Shown one piece after another: positions 36,511 through 50,184 of a stretch of 64,000 nucleotides of DNA. The translations under genes and the position numbers were made by a program. Position 1 is the stretch's first letter; each line of letters opens with the position of its first letter. The notes under the pieces were generated by a model that was given only the letters and a program-made list of their open reading frames with translations, had not been told where the DNA came from and did not search any database. The stretch covers positions 62,001-126,000 of the forward strand of contig JAAILG010000015.1 of NCBI GenBank assembly GCA_012026655.1, given 5' to 3'. The DNA comes from Hydrolagus affinis (lineage: Eukaryota).

Positions 36511-39500
36511 TAAAATTGTGTGTTAAGTCAAGTGAACAGTCCAAAGTTGTTTGTTAACTCATCTAATGAAATGTATCAATCAGCAGAAATCAATATTTGT
36601 TTTGGATGATATAAGATGCTGACAAAGACTGCACTGAACATAAAGGTCACCGGACCTTGAGTCTGTTGCTAATAGTGTTACTAATGTCAAAATTGGAGGA
36701 ATTTGCAGGATTTAAAGGGGATTAAATGTTAGCATTTGGAACTTAATGCCTGCATATAAATAGCTACATGTTCATTATCTTTTTATATATCTAAAATATA
36801 ATAGTCACCAAAAAAAGGTTAGTGAAACTGTTCATTATATCAGGGGCTTAGCTGTTGGTTGGATGCTATGTTACGCTAACCAATGATGTATAACTGAAAA
36901 CTGTTCCCAAAATAAGTGAATTCAATTTGTGTTAACTTTATGTTCGTGAATAATAATGTAATTATAATTCAGTAACTTCATAACCACAATATTAATATTC
37001 TTGTTATTGGAAAATATTTTACTGCAAATCCAGGGCTAATGGTGTCATTACGATAGTGTCATTATAATAGTATAATTTGTAATTACAGGAGTTATGGTGA
37101 AGAGCCAAGTTAAAAGAAAATCGGTTTACCATAAATTTGTTTTAGAGTAAACCATTAATTTCTTGGAGAAAATAGAGAATTCCTTGTCAAAATCTTCTCT
37201 AAATTGGAGACTGAACAACAGCAACAAAATTACATTTATAGAGCGCCTTTCACATCGGGAGGACTCCAATGAGATATGGGGAAAGTGAGATGAATTAAAA
37301 AAGGAGACTAAAGGAAAAGGAAGATTGATAGATCTGGGGCTGCGATGAATGAGGTCAAAAGGATTTTTTCCATCCAAATGTTAAACCTGACATTTGAGTG
37401 GAAAAATTGGATGGAGTGTTATAAACTGGACCTGATATGGGATTTATGACATTCAGTGAAGGAGGAAGCCAATTTGTGAATTGTCAGAACCCGCCAGGAT
37501 TGTCTGACTGTTTGGGCTGCTTTAATTACTGAAACGATTCTTATAATACTCCTGCACAATTTAGGATCTGATGGCATTTAATCTAACACTAAGCTGTTGC
37601 ACAGAGAGCCAATTTTACTGCCAGTAAAAGTTCAGACAGGATAAAATACAACTGAAACGCCGTTGGAGTTCTGAAGACTGTCTAATCAGGTTAAAATACT
37701 TAGGGGCACCTTAAAATATACATGTCAAAGGAGTCTGGGCTTTAAAATATTCAGTCAGCTAAAATCCAGTTTAGCCCAGAGCTGGGTCAGTATAAAGGCT
37801 GCAAACTGTGTAAAGGAGCAGGAAGAGTAATCAAAGAAGACAAAATGAGATGGTTGAAATATCTGTTTCTCACAAATAACCATTAATGAGTTTAATGAGA
37901 TTACTGAGAGAGACCATCCTGAACATTAAACTCAGGTCAGGAGATTCCTTTACAAATGCCAGGGCACAAGATCATAATCTAAGATCTGATATTTGGTGAT
38001 ATTTCGTAATGGTTCAGGAAAGAAAATGTTAGCAACCTATTCCAAATGCAATATTGAAGGCCGCAACCGAGTGCAATACCAACGAAGGAAATAGTTTTTC
38101 CGGTCGCTTTAATGAGGAAAATATTTTCTTTGAAAACAAGAACTGAGAGAAATTTTAAAAAACTGAGATCAGAAAATGAGATTAGAATCGTTCTAACGCT
38201 GAAAATATCAGATCTGTTATTACTCAAAGGGAAGCCTGGAAATTCACTGAGCAGTACATAGAAAGACTTAAATGTCAGGAATATTATCATTATTATTGTA
38301 AGGTAATTCCTTGTCTGTGAAACAAGTCTCCTAAATAGGGTGAAGTATTTTGAGCCAGGAATAGAATTAAAGGCCTTTTCAATCGTTAGGAACCCATTTA
38401 CTGGTGGCATTATCTTATTTCCATTCCGATTTTCTGAATTTTCTGAAACTGCCTGAAAGTGCCATCATGCACAGATACCATAATTAAATGGATAGATGTG
38501 ATTCTAGCCCTTTCTTTCATCATCATTGTGCTCCTTGCACTTCCTTCGAGAGCTATTAGTGCAAAGTCTTCATTGAATATGTCTGGTATTTATTTGGTTA
38601 ATCAGTGATTTGACTATTAAGAGAGTGGAGGCATACAAAGGATATTTCCTTACTCAGCAGTTGCAGTTATTCTGATATTAAAGGGAGAGGAGTAATGTTG
38701 GGGCTCAATTACTGCCCAATGGAAGATAGGATATTGGATATACAGATTCCCACTTGCTTTCATTTTGCACTGTAAGGTAATCAGAGGCAGTAACCGTTAC
38801 CAATAAAGTAGTTAAGAAACAATTAAATTGATAATTAAGGGGCAGAAAAAACAATCCGATTGCTATTTTATATCATTAGTTTGTGCATTATCCCTTGGAG
38901 GTATAAAGGCAGATTTCAACTAAGGCATTATAGGACCTTGACTTCATTCACAAATAATAATTACATGGTTCAGACGCATTTCTGTAATTGTAAACATTAT
39001 CCTTAAAGGGGCACTGTTTTCATGGTGGAAGTGGAGGACAAATCTTTCATTGCCGGGTGAAAGAGAAGGGCCAAGCATCATTCCGTTGGCTATCTTCAGA
39101 TGATATGATGTCCATTTTCAATGTATTTCATGTCATTCCATCATGTATTTTGAGTTGAGTGTGGTTTATAAAACATCCTGAATACTTTTTCCTTTAAAAG
39201 TACATTTGAAACATTTGCCAGCGTCGCACAGTAGCTGATGAATTCACGGGATGACATGTGGTCTCTGTCACCTTCTAGAAGCGTGAGAGATCTTGACACA
39301 CATCTACAGAGAAAGTCTAAAGCCTGGGGATGATGGCAGGGCTGGCCCACAGTGCAGCTTCCACGCTCCGACTTCCTCATTAAAATTTCATGTGTAGTAT
39401 TCAAAAGTGTTTTTTTTTCCATTTAAAAAAAGTAAGTGGCAAAAATGGCCAGTCAGACTCATCAGACACTCGCTTTCTTCCATTCTGTTAGGCACTGGTT

Positions 39501-40486
39501 ATAGCTAGCTTGTAATATTCTATCTGATCATTTATCTTCTCCATGACTAATTTTGTTAAGACCAAGTAAATGTCTATTGTAATTAAGCAGCCAATGAACC
39601 CTATCACTGATGCTTTTGTGAGAGAGCGCAAGTATTCTCGTGAGGTGCCTTAAAATACCAGATTCGGAAACTGGTTTTGCATCAAAATCCGACTTCTGCG
39701 GTGCAAATATTGTGCTGTGAAATTCGCAGAACAATAATTCATTAGTCCTGAGCTGATGAAAAAGAAACGCAGACACAACAAAACACAGACGCTTTCACGC
39801 CGGCATCTTTATGCACTGTCGATTTGTGCATCACCCTTTCTCAAACTTCTCAAGCCCGTAGTCACAGTTTTAACACAGCAACCCGCAGTTTGGGAATATC
39901 ACACGTGTTAAAGACTCCTGGTTAAGTCCCAGGAACAACAATCCACATTGATCAAGAATTCATTCTAACGAAATCCAGTTTGGTAACAATGGCGCTAAAG
40001 TTAGACAGGATTAAATTGTTGCCAGTACTAATGCTGTCTGATTATTATTTGCAAGTCGGAAATCTTTCCTCAGGATTTCCAATGCCAAATAATGGCAATG
40101 GTAAATCAACGCAGAACACAGTAAACCTGGATGCAGTGGGGTGATAGATGTGTGGGTATGCTATTCGTGGAAATCTTGGGACAAAGCCAGCAAGAGATCG
40201 AGTTGGGCTGGTTGAGCTATTGATTGCATACACTGAAAAGTGAAAAAACGTTAAGTGTGAAAGCTGTGGAAATGCTATAAAGTGCTTGCAGTTATTAACA
40301 TTGGGCTCCAGGAATGAATCTTGCTTGCTAAAGAGTGAGACAGATTGGGTTTCAAATGATTCCAATTTTCTCGTAAAGCAAGGGGATATATATTTGAATT
40401 TTATGCATTAGTGCAACATGTATTGGAAATATGGAAATAACAAGGAGTAATAATCTTTACGTGGTGAAAAATATATCTTGCGTAGA

Positions 40487-40592
40487 ATAATAATAATCCT
40501 TGTGCCTTTCACTTTGGAGGATATCTCAAAGTGCTTCACAGGATATTCTGTAAAGTGTAGTGACTGTATTTTGCAGGTGAAAATATGCAGTG
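40487..40592 (-). mobile_element. SINE 3' tail fragment
   Basis: AATAATAATAATCCTTG...TCTCAAAGTGCTTCACAGGATATTCTGTAAAGTG. Confidence 0.8.
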
Positions 40593-41057
40593 CATGTGGT
40601 TTCATGTTTATTGAAATAAGCACTAGTCAAATATATAGAGGGGGAAATGTTTAGTTATTTGACATGCGCATTGGTTAACAGATCAAGTCCTGAAAAAGTA
40701 AACATTTTGCAGTTTGTTTATAGTAAAATCTGTTCAAAATTCTAATAGGTCGTGAAAAATACTATTGTCCATATTAAGCAGCATTATTAAACATCGTCCA
40801 GAACTATGCCAAGCTTCCCTAAAGTAACGACGCAAAATAATTCAAGGAGAACAGTGCTACATTTGGTTAAATATTCTGCAGACGTTTATGTGTCTATTTT
40901 TTAACTAAATGACAGAAGTGAATTGTATTGCGAGCTGAAAAAGTGTCTCCTTACGGTATGAAGTGTGATCCACTGATGAGAGCTGATATCCAATAAAAGT
41001 AACATACATTCCTGAGGCATTCAGGATTGTCGTTCACTTCATTAGGGTGGCAATGTT

Positions 41058-41095
41058 GTGTGTGTGTGTGTGTTTGTGTGTGTGTGAGTGTGTGA
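41058..41095. repeat. (TG)n microsatellite
   Basis: Direct inspection. Confidence 0.9.
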
Positions 41096-41568
41096 GGTGT
41101 CTGCTACTGATCGTTCCAAAACAGTTTCGCTCTATTTCATAAAGGGATTACTCATTCTAATTCCAGTAAATACTGCACTCTGCTTTTAAGCTTCTGTATC
41201 CTCTTAGAAACATTAAGGTATTTATGTCAAACTTGTAGCATTTGTTTCATAATCGTCTACTTGCGCAGGTTTAGTCGTAGGACCGACAGACCGCTTAAAT
41301 AAAATGCCCAAGGGGAGATTTTAAAGACAATCGTCAGTGTAAGTGTCAGATATCACAACGGTTGAGTTCCTCAGATGCCCCATAAGCTGAACCGATAGAA
41401 AAGTGCGGCAGCAATTTTTCCGCGGAGTCAGCTATCAACCTGCGGAACACAATGAAGCTTCTGACCCCGGGCCTGTTTAGGGGAATATTTTCCAATTTCC
41501 GATACAATCAGTCTGTCACTGAATGGGTCCCTTCACAGCATGGTCCTGGATGCCACAGTACCTCTTGC

Positions 41569-41843
41569 AACTTGCAATTGGTTAGAGCACTCGCCTTGCA
41601 AGCGTGAGACGTGTGTTCGAATCCGGGCAGGTCAGGGTGAAACCATGGGCAAGTTTCCTTACTCCACACGCCTAATAATAATCCGTCCGAAAAAACCACA
41701 CTAATAAAAAAAATTGGTCATTTCAATCCACGGCTGTTTGAGGGACACTGCTGTGCGCAATTGGCTGCCACATTTCGCCCACAAATATACACAGTCAATT
41801 CACTTTTACGCTATATCAAATGCAAGGATTATTATTATTATTG
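41569..41843 (+). mobile_element. tRNA(Ala-like)-derived SINE with 3' internal deletion
   Basis: GGTTAGAGCACTCGCCTTGCAAGCGTGAGAC...GTTCGAATCC; CpG-rich body; tail (ATT)n. Confidence 0.9.
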
Positions 41844-43764
41844 TTAACCCACCACTGCTGAGGGTGCAGCTGACATGTCAACCAGCCATTCGATACGGAG
41901 AACACAAATGGAGCGTCACATCCTTCACCCCCAAACACGAGGGAAGTGGCCCAAATTTAAAAGTGGCCCTGATTACCAGTAAAACCATTCGAAAGTGAAA
42001 CGGTTTTGGAATATTCGAATTGACTGTCTCACCACAGGTGAGCACCAGATAACGGTGATGATTTAGTGTAACCACTCCACATGATTAAAGCGACAAGGCT
42101 AATTGTATGCGTTATTGTCTGCTAAACAATGAAACTCGGCCAGTAAAATATTATTAAAAATTCTCTCAATGTTGTCATTAAAAAAAAATGGAAAAAGAGA
42201 GAGAGGAAGAGAGAGAGAGTGAGGCCCAGCACATGTACTGCTCCATGATTTTGGCGCTCCCTCCGACACTGTGGAAATCAAAACAGGCAGTCCTGATTGT
42301 AGTTTGGAAAGGATTCTCATGTGTGTCAGCATTAAATTCCTTGATACTGGTGAATCTGCATTTGTTTCACTGGGAGCATTGACATGCTGTTATTTCCCCA
42401 ATGGCCACTGTTTGTGTCAGACACGCAGAAAAACAGGAACTCAAGTAATTCAGCATCCAAGCCCTTTCCAGCATTTTATGAGATCTTGCCAGTTTTTTTT
42501 TATTCCCAATGCCCTGCACTCTTGCCAACAAGAATAACAAGAAGAAGAACTTGTAGTTATATACAGTGCCCCTCACACAGTGTAACCTCCATTTGCAAAC
42601 TACCCTATGTTTCCTTATTCGATCTCCAATCATGCACCAGTGTGTGAGTTCTCTGGGTACTTGGCAGTATAGTGTGGGGAAGGTGTGTGAAAGAATGTGA
42701 CACTGTTTGGAGATGATGTGCGGAGCCACTTCATCTGCTGCCAGTCAAACACTGGCTTGAGATTTGTCTATAACTGATCGCTGAAGCCAAACCTAATGAC
42801 TGGGGAAATGTTAATACTTTTCCCTTCCATTCATTTCTGGCCGAATTTGCTCGCCGGTGAAATGGTATCAGTGTTGCTCAGGTGATTGTGGGAGGAGCCT
42901 TGTAACAGAAGCCGAAGGAAGAAACATTGAATAGTGCCTTGCTTGCTCTTTCTCAGCAAGTTACATGACCAGACTTCAGACATAGCCTGAAAAGGTGTGA
43001 CAACGCATGCAAATCAGCCTTCAAGTATAACAGTGTCCGAGAAAGAATGACCATTGAAAGAACGCATTCAGAACAGAAACGTGGCTTACTTGGATTTGTG
43101 AGCTCCATCCTAACTACAATTCACCTCGGTTCACCACACTTGTGGCGCGTTTTGTCAGCGTTTGGAAGCATCACTTGAAAGGGTGGAAGAGGAGAATCTG
43201 CCAAAGGACATCTCAACCTCCAACAAAGCTGTGTCTCATAAAATTAACACAAAGCAGTACAGATCTGCACGTCTGCGAGATTAACATAATTCCCTCCCTC
43301 CACGGTTACAGGAGGCCGAGTGAAGTAACAAACCATTCAATGGCAAAGGAGGAGTAAATAGATTAAAACATGCTGTATTTTAATGGAAAGGCCTTAAATA
43401 GAATATTGCACCTTAAATCATTTTGCCAGTAAAAAATGATTTGTCACCTGTTCGCTTATGCAATACTGCATAATTGTAAAATTCTGGTGTTTTATTACCT
43501 TGAGTAAATACTGATGGGATTATACAGCTTTGGGGCATTTATAGAATCAGTGCTTAATTGTACAAAACAGTGTTGCCACCTTGGCAGCTGGCTGAGAAAT
43601 GTTGTCAACATTATCTTACAGAGAGGCATTAGAAATCACTTAGAAAGCAAACCTCTTCTTAGAAAGGCACTGAAAACCTGCGACTATTAACCTCCCGACT
43701 GTCTCAAATACAGCTATGTGTGTGCCAAAGCACAAGCATGCCAAAGAAACACAACAGTGTAAAT

Positions 43765-43928
43765 TATTCCTGCCTCAAGACCTTCCTCTCCGATGGTCAC
43801 CCTAAAACCCCCCCTTTCCCTCCACCCTCCCCGTCCCTGACTCCCAGCTTGGGTCTGAAGCAATGAGTGTCTTTGGGACGCCCTATTGATGTGAAAGGCG
43901 CTATACAAGTGTAATTTTGTCGTTGTTG
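43765..43928 (+). mobile_element. L2 3' end
   Basis: GCCTCAAGACCTTCCTCT...GATGTGAAAGGCGCTATACAAGTGTAATTTTGTCGTTGTTG. Confidence 0.8.
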
Positions 43929-43929
43929 A

Positions 43930-44105
43930 CTTTGGGTATCGGTGTCGAACTACTCTGTACCATGTCTGTATCAATTTGTATTGGTTCCCTCTTGTACCGC
44001 GTCTCCCGGCACTGTGAAAATTAATGACAGGAATTGGAGCGCCACTTCGAAGGATCAATTCAATCACAACATGGCGACCTTGTCCTAGAGAAGATAGACA
44101 GCGGC
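43930..44105 (-). mobile_element. Possible CR1 ORF2 C-terminal remnant
   Basis: Minus ORF contains TRGNQYKL, similar to the CR1 TRGH.(Y/L)KL motif. Confidence 0.35.
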
Positions 44106-46599
44106 AGTGCATCCACGCACGTCATCAAACTAGGATTACTTCAGAATGGTTACACTCCACCTGTCATAAATTTCCACAGCGATGTCCAGTGATGTGACAA
44201 GCAACAAGCCCAAATTGATTATGCTCTTTGTTTAATCTGGCAAGTCTCACAAACAGTGTTCCATGACATTCTACGGCACATTTCTGTATGATCCGCTGTA
44301 TTTTTTAGCATGCAGAGGGCAGGAAGATGTTGTTTTATGCTATTTTTGTCAGTCATATGTGACTGTATTTCATTAGTACAGTTTCAGCCACTTTCCCCAT
44401 TTGACAGCTGTTCTGCTGTCCTAATGCGGAAAAGCAATTATCAACCATTTTATCAAACAACGTGTCATTAATATTCACCCCATAATAAAGTGATGGCCTA
44501 CAAGTCAATAGAACACAACGTTAACTGGTTAAAACACACGGTTTCTTTGCAAAAAGTATATTTCACTTAATAGTCAAAGTTTCTGAAGTTCATTTCATTT
44601 GCACTATCTATTATTTTGAGAAACAATGCTATGATTAGCCAATAAAATTATAATTTCTTATCTCCGGGAGGTTTCCATCTGATGTAACGGAGTGTGTCGC
44701 TTTTGTTATAATGTGTCACTGCAGAAGTTTTTATTGAGCGTTTCTATGTCTTATTTTGCTTGCTGTATTCAGTGCCACACTTACTCTGCTTCTGCATTTT
44801 GTAAGACTCAATTACAATTTCTCAGCACAGTACACATATGCTAATTTCATGCAACTTTATGTTCTTTCATGAAGACATTTTAATAAATTTAAATTTGTTA
44901 ATCCCTTATCCCTGTTATCCCCAAACAAAAGTTATTTTGTCACTTATTCTTAGGCAGCCACAAATGTAACTGACTGACTAAAGGCAGGCAGCTGGAAAAG
45001 AAGACAATGTATACAGTGTTGCTGAAATTCAAGTGAAATCCTACCCATTGTTTGACTATCAAGTAGAAATCTACATGAGTGTTAAATGGATTTGGTCTTT
45101 TATTCACCTTCCCAGGCAATCCGCTGCTTTATCTTCAATGCTGTCATCACAGAAAGTATCTCTGAAGTGAGATGTTCGAAGAGCCACACAGATTGCAACT
45201 CTACTTAAACAAATGGAGCGGTGTTCTTTTTGAGAGTGACGTACATCAAAAATGACTGAATGTCACTTGCACTGAATAGGACTTGACAAGTCAGTGAAGG
45301 AAGTAACCATATATAGTACTGTGAGAAGTGTCAGTGTTGCATTGTCTCGCTCCCTCCTCTACTCCCAAAGTTGTCTTACTTACTGAACCATTTTGGCGTC
45401 TTTTTTTCTACTGTTTCTTAATGTTTCGAGCTGCGATTAGCAGGAAAAGCCAATATTTTTTATAGCAATGTTAACAACGCAGACATCCGCCAACACTGTA
45501 CTTAAATACCAGCCTACACGATGAGCTCAAGCGCCAACACGGGACTTGACCATGGAACCTTCTGACCCAGTGGAAAGAGTGCCATCTACTGATCCAAACT
45601 TAATGCCAAATCACTAATGAGCTTTGTGCTCCATGTGTCCTGACTTTAATGAATAATTTTCATTGCGTTTTTGACAAAAATAAAAATCCGACATTCTTTC
45701 TCTGTTTACTTTATTTTTATTTTCTGTTTGGCCTCCATACGCTATGCATATGATCAGGAAACTCACCACCAAAATACTGCCCTTGCTCCTTCCTCCTCAC
45801 AACCAACAAAGCCGCTGTCTACACATCTAAAGCTAAAGAGGTTGCGGGTTGAAGTGTCATGTACACTCATACTCTAGTCCTGGGCAAGCTGCACACTGTT
45901 GGAGGTGCTATTCCCCTGGCTAATTATCACTCAGTAATTAATCAGATAGGATATATTTCACATTTGTTTGGTTGCCCTTTAAATATTTCAAGCAGAATGC
46001 AAAATTTTGAGCAGCTTTTGGGCAGACACGAGTCTATCCTGCAAATCCTGTTTCTCACCATAGTGTGGTGCTATTCTTTACGATGGCAGGTTGTTGCTAT
46101 CAGGATAGAATGGATAGGTTGGGCCGTTCCTCGTGAGAGAAGAGGTGTTTGAAGGTGGAACAGATAAAGATGTTTGAAATTATTTTTAAAAAGTTTGATA
46201 AGGTTAACGTAAACAAACAGGATGTTTTCAACGGTTGGGGAGTCTGTAACCATGGGACACAAATATCTCCAACTCCACCCTTGACTCCTGGACCACTGCT
46301 GTCCCGTTCAGAATGTAAGTGGGGCAACAGGGGTATTTAATATTTTTTTCAGACCTGACAAAAGGGGGGCGCATGTGTTTTGTGATTTGGGGGCTTGGGA
46401 TGTAAGCAGGGGTTTGTTTGTGTTTTGGGGATTTGGAATGTAAGGTGGATGGGGTGAGGGGGTGGGGTGTTTCATGTTGTTTGGGCTCAGGATGTGGGGA
46501 TGTGTTTTCAAATGCCCCCTCCTCCCCACCACCCCCCCACACCCCCACCCCACCACCCTTCTGTCCCAAGCCCCCTAAATACAATGTGGGTCAGAGTAT

Positions 46600-46848
46600 C
46601 TTTTAGAGAATTTAGGAGAATTACAACATGTAGAAATTCATGAGATTGTGGAACTCTACCCTGAAGTGTTGATTGATTCAAATAGTGTAGATGCCTTCAA
46701 GAGGCAGCTAGACATCTACATGTGTAAGAGCGGAATAAAGGAGTATGGGAGGAGTAAAGAATTGGCGAAGATACCTGTGGAAGAAAAATACGGGCACAGA
46801 CTGGTTGGGCTAAGTGACTTGTTTCTATGCTGTACATTCTTTTCCATC
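46600..46848 (+). mobile_element. CR1 ORF2 C-terminus and 3'UTR
   Basis: YPEVLIDSNSVDAFKRQLDIYMCKSGIKEYG resembles CR1 LP.EVVEA.S...FK..LD.....GIKGYG; 3' end GGGCTAAGTGACTTGTTTCTATGCTGTA. Confidence 0.85.
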
Positions 46849-48765
46849 TCCTTTGTAAAGATTATCTTCATTTGGATTTTGTTTCCACCAATGTGTGCAC
46901 TGCACTACATTGTATGGTATCCATCGAACTGTTGCTCTCAGTGCAAGTGCACCACGGCAGTTTGACTTTGTGCCTTTTCAAGCGGTCCATGGCATTTTGG
47001 TAAGCGACACATCTGGTAAATCTATATGCCAGTGCAGAATTACAAAGTGTTAACACTGTATCGAGGAACTCGTGCCATTAATATCAGCAATCACAATGTG
47101 CTGTGCGATTGCCTGCCAGCAAGGCAGCGTGCACTCAGAAGAGCAAATTCACAAAGGGTGCACAGGCACCAAATTGTTTCAGTTGCTGCAGCAGAGGGCA
47201 GAAGCAACACAAATAAAGTTTCTCCCAACGTATTAAATTACTAATCGTGTGATTGCGTTGGAACGATCTGAGCGTAATGCACTCAAAGTTCACTTCACTG
47301 CACTTGGTGCTATTTACAAATATCTCTCTTGCTTCACCTCTGCCTTCATTCTCCCTGGGAACCCTCTTGAGTTAAGAAAGTGCGATGCCCTAACAAAAAA
47401 ACAATTATAACCAGAGGCTTCTGAAATGTCCCCCACGGGAACGCCAGAGGTAGGTTTGGCAAAGTGTTAAATGAAGTGAAAGTTGCACACGGATGCCTTC
47501 GGCACACAGCCCTCGGCACAGAGCTTTGGCAGCTCTCAATTTGCCCCATACGCTCTAGAAATTCCTGTTGAAATTGCCTTGTTCTGTAGCAGCTCCCAAT
47601 CCTAGTCTCTTTACCATGGATAATGCATCCCGCTGTAACTGGGCATTTATTACCGCATTGTTTGTTGTCATACCATGGCAACGCAGCAAAGGACAAAGAA
47701 AAATTCTAAACTACCCCTACATTTCACATCAATAATCATCTCATTATGCCGATAAATCACAATAAAACTGATTAATAAAATTGTTTCAACAGACAATTGA
47801 GGTAAAAAATGCCAGGTTTGAAAACAAATTAAATATCATTATTACCACGGTTTTGAAACATCATATGTAAATGTATGGTAGGTAAACCCTGTTAGGTATA
47901 TATAACAGAGGGTTTTCCTCTATGTGTAAATGAGTGTAACAAACTAAACATAATCAAAACACATGAAGTTCATTTGAGGTGTCATTTTCAAAGTGCTGTT
48001 CTTGAACCTTTATATTTCGAAGCTATTAAAATACTTCCATTCTGCAAACAAACCTTGTGATCTTAAACTCATCTACACAGTAGGCAGCCTTGATGAGACT
48101 TGATGAGGCGAGATGGTGGATGAACCTGCTGCACTGTAAACAGCAGCAATTTCTTATGTCACTGGGCAGGTAGCTGGTTCCCAAGTGTGCTGCCAACATG
48201 ATTGCTGATAGTGGAACCATGTTTCATTTCTCTTCTTGAGTCGAAACAATTACGATAACAGTCAAACGAAATTCTGTCACACATCTTTTGAATGATAAAG
48301 AGAGCCTACATTTTAGGATCCCCCGAGGGCTGGCTCTATAATGTAATAAAGCTTCCATCTTTTGCAATAATGCTTCATTTTAATACCGAGGAGATAATTT
48401 GGTGGCATTCTCTGGAAGTGAAGGACTTGCCAACTTCTACATAATCCAAAATAACTGGGTTCCCATGGTAAACTTCCCACATTGAAACTGGAATCCTGAC
48501 AAATGGCCTCCTACTGGTCCTTTCAGCTGTCAACAAACTGACAGAGTGGCATCATTATTTTATTTGGATGTGAAAGTAATCCCCAGAGCTTAATTTTTAT
48601 TTGTATTGAAACGACCTCATGTTTTGCCATCGTTTTTTTTTAGGTGTGTTGAATATGCTGAAAATGTCCAGTATGAAGCATGCCACTGTTTCCCTGGCAT
48701 GTGTGGGAATGACATGTGATATGTGATGGGCATAAACCAAGTGAAAAAGAACCGGGTGTTGATGC

Positions 48766-49158
48766 TAATAATCCTTTGCATTTGATACAGAGCCTTACCA
48801 CGTCACCTGAAGCGTCTGAAAGTAGTTTACTGTAACGTGTAGTGACTGTTTTTGCAGTCAAATATTGCAGTCAATGTGCACACAGCAAAATCCCACAAAC
48901 AGCAACAGAATGAGTGACCAATTTCCTCCGGAGACTCGTTGAAAATCCCCTCTCTTTTCTAATAGTGCCTTAAATGTCCATCTGAACAGGCAGGCAGGAC
49001 CTTGGATTAATGCTTCACTGAAGGACAGAACCTTCGATGATACCCTGTAACAAAATATCAGTCTAGACTAGAGTCTATGAGCACAATGTTCCATGGTTTG
49101 AATCCACAATCATTTGACTCAGAGGCGAAAGTGCTCCAACTGAACCACGCTGACACCT
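48766..49158 (-). mobile_element. Old Deu-domain SINE, near full length
   Basis: Minus head CAGTTGGAGCACTTTCGCCTCTGAGTCAAATGATTGTGGATTCAAACC, Deu core, body TGCTGTTTGTGGGATTTTGCTGTGTGCAC, L2-type tail. Confidence 0.8.
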
Positions 49159-50091
49159 ACTCTCTTTGACGTGTTTCATGTCCGATTACTATTGTATTTA
49201 AATAACATAGCCTGTGTGTTTTAATTAGAGTTTCCAGGCTATATAGCTGGCTTCGTAGTAGTGCACCTCACCTGATTGCTGGATTTATGGTTTAAAAGCT
49301 TAACATACAAAATCACATCTTCGGTTTCCTGCTGAAACACATTAGGTTATTCTAACTATCAATTTAGGAGGCTGGGGGACAGATTGTATGCAATTCTCAC
49401 ATGAGTGAATACTTGTTTTAATTTCCTCTCATCCCAGAATTTGTCTTTTCTCTTTTAAAATCTGCCTGGAATTGTAATTGATTCCAGGAGTTTAATTTCT
49501 CTTTTGACTTTGAGGTTAGCCGCACACTGTGCTCTGATAACATTAGGTAGGCTTGTCTAAGTCAAAATGACAACTTCCTCTGTCTCAGTGTCATACAAGC
49601 AACAAAATATGCTTCAGGCAAAGGATATACCGTAATTAATATATTGACCGGATAAAGTCCAATAATATTGACATTCAAGTGCCACACAAATTGCATTTGA
49701 AATAAATCTCAAAACTGCATGAGTCAATATAATAGATTTTTTTAAATATATAAAGCAAATTCTACCTTCAAAGCTTCAGGCAATTCATATTTTGCACACT
49801 TTACTTCTGAACTTCATTGTCTCTTTCATTCACAGTTAACTGTGGACTTTCCTATGTTAACAACTGAATTGTGGTGAATTTGCACTTAAAAGAATGGAGT
49901 ACATCAGTTTGTTTTCGTTGTTCCTGGCCAGCACGATTCACTTTGTTTCTAATCGTGCATATTTAGAACAAAAAATGCTGCACCCCTTGGCATGTAGAGC
50001 GCTTCATTTTCACGAGTCCAATTTTATTAAAATATTCGCAAGTTTGAAATTGTGAGGTTATTGTAATGTTTTATTAAAACTGGTAAACATA

Positions 50092-50184
50092 AGTGTTTGT
50101 GTGTGCAGGTCTGTGTGTTTTGGTATTAGTCTCCATGCATATGTGTTTCTGTTTGTGTGTGCTTGTGTGTTTGTATGTGTGTGT
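50092..50184. repeat. Degenerate TG-rich simple repeat
   Basis: Direct inspection. Confidence 0.7.

Noticed and set aside
37979-38410. 143-aa minus-strand ORF
   Set aside because: F/I/L/S-rich translation typical of AT-rich non-coding DNA; no homology recognised.
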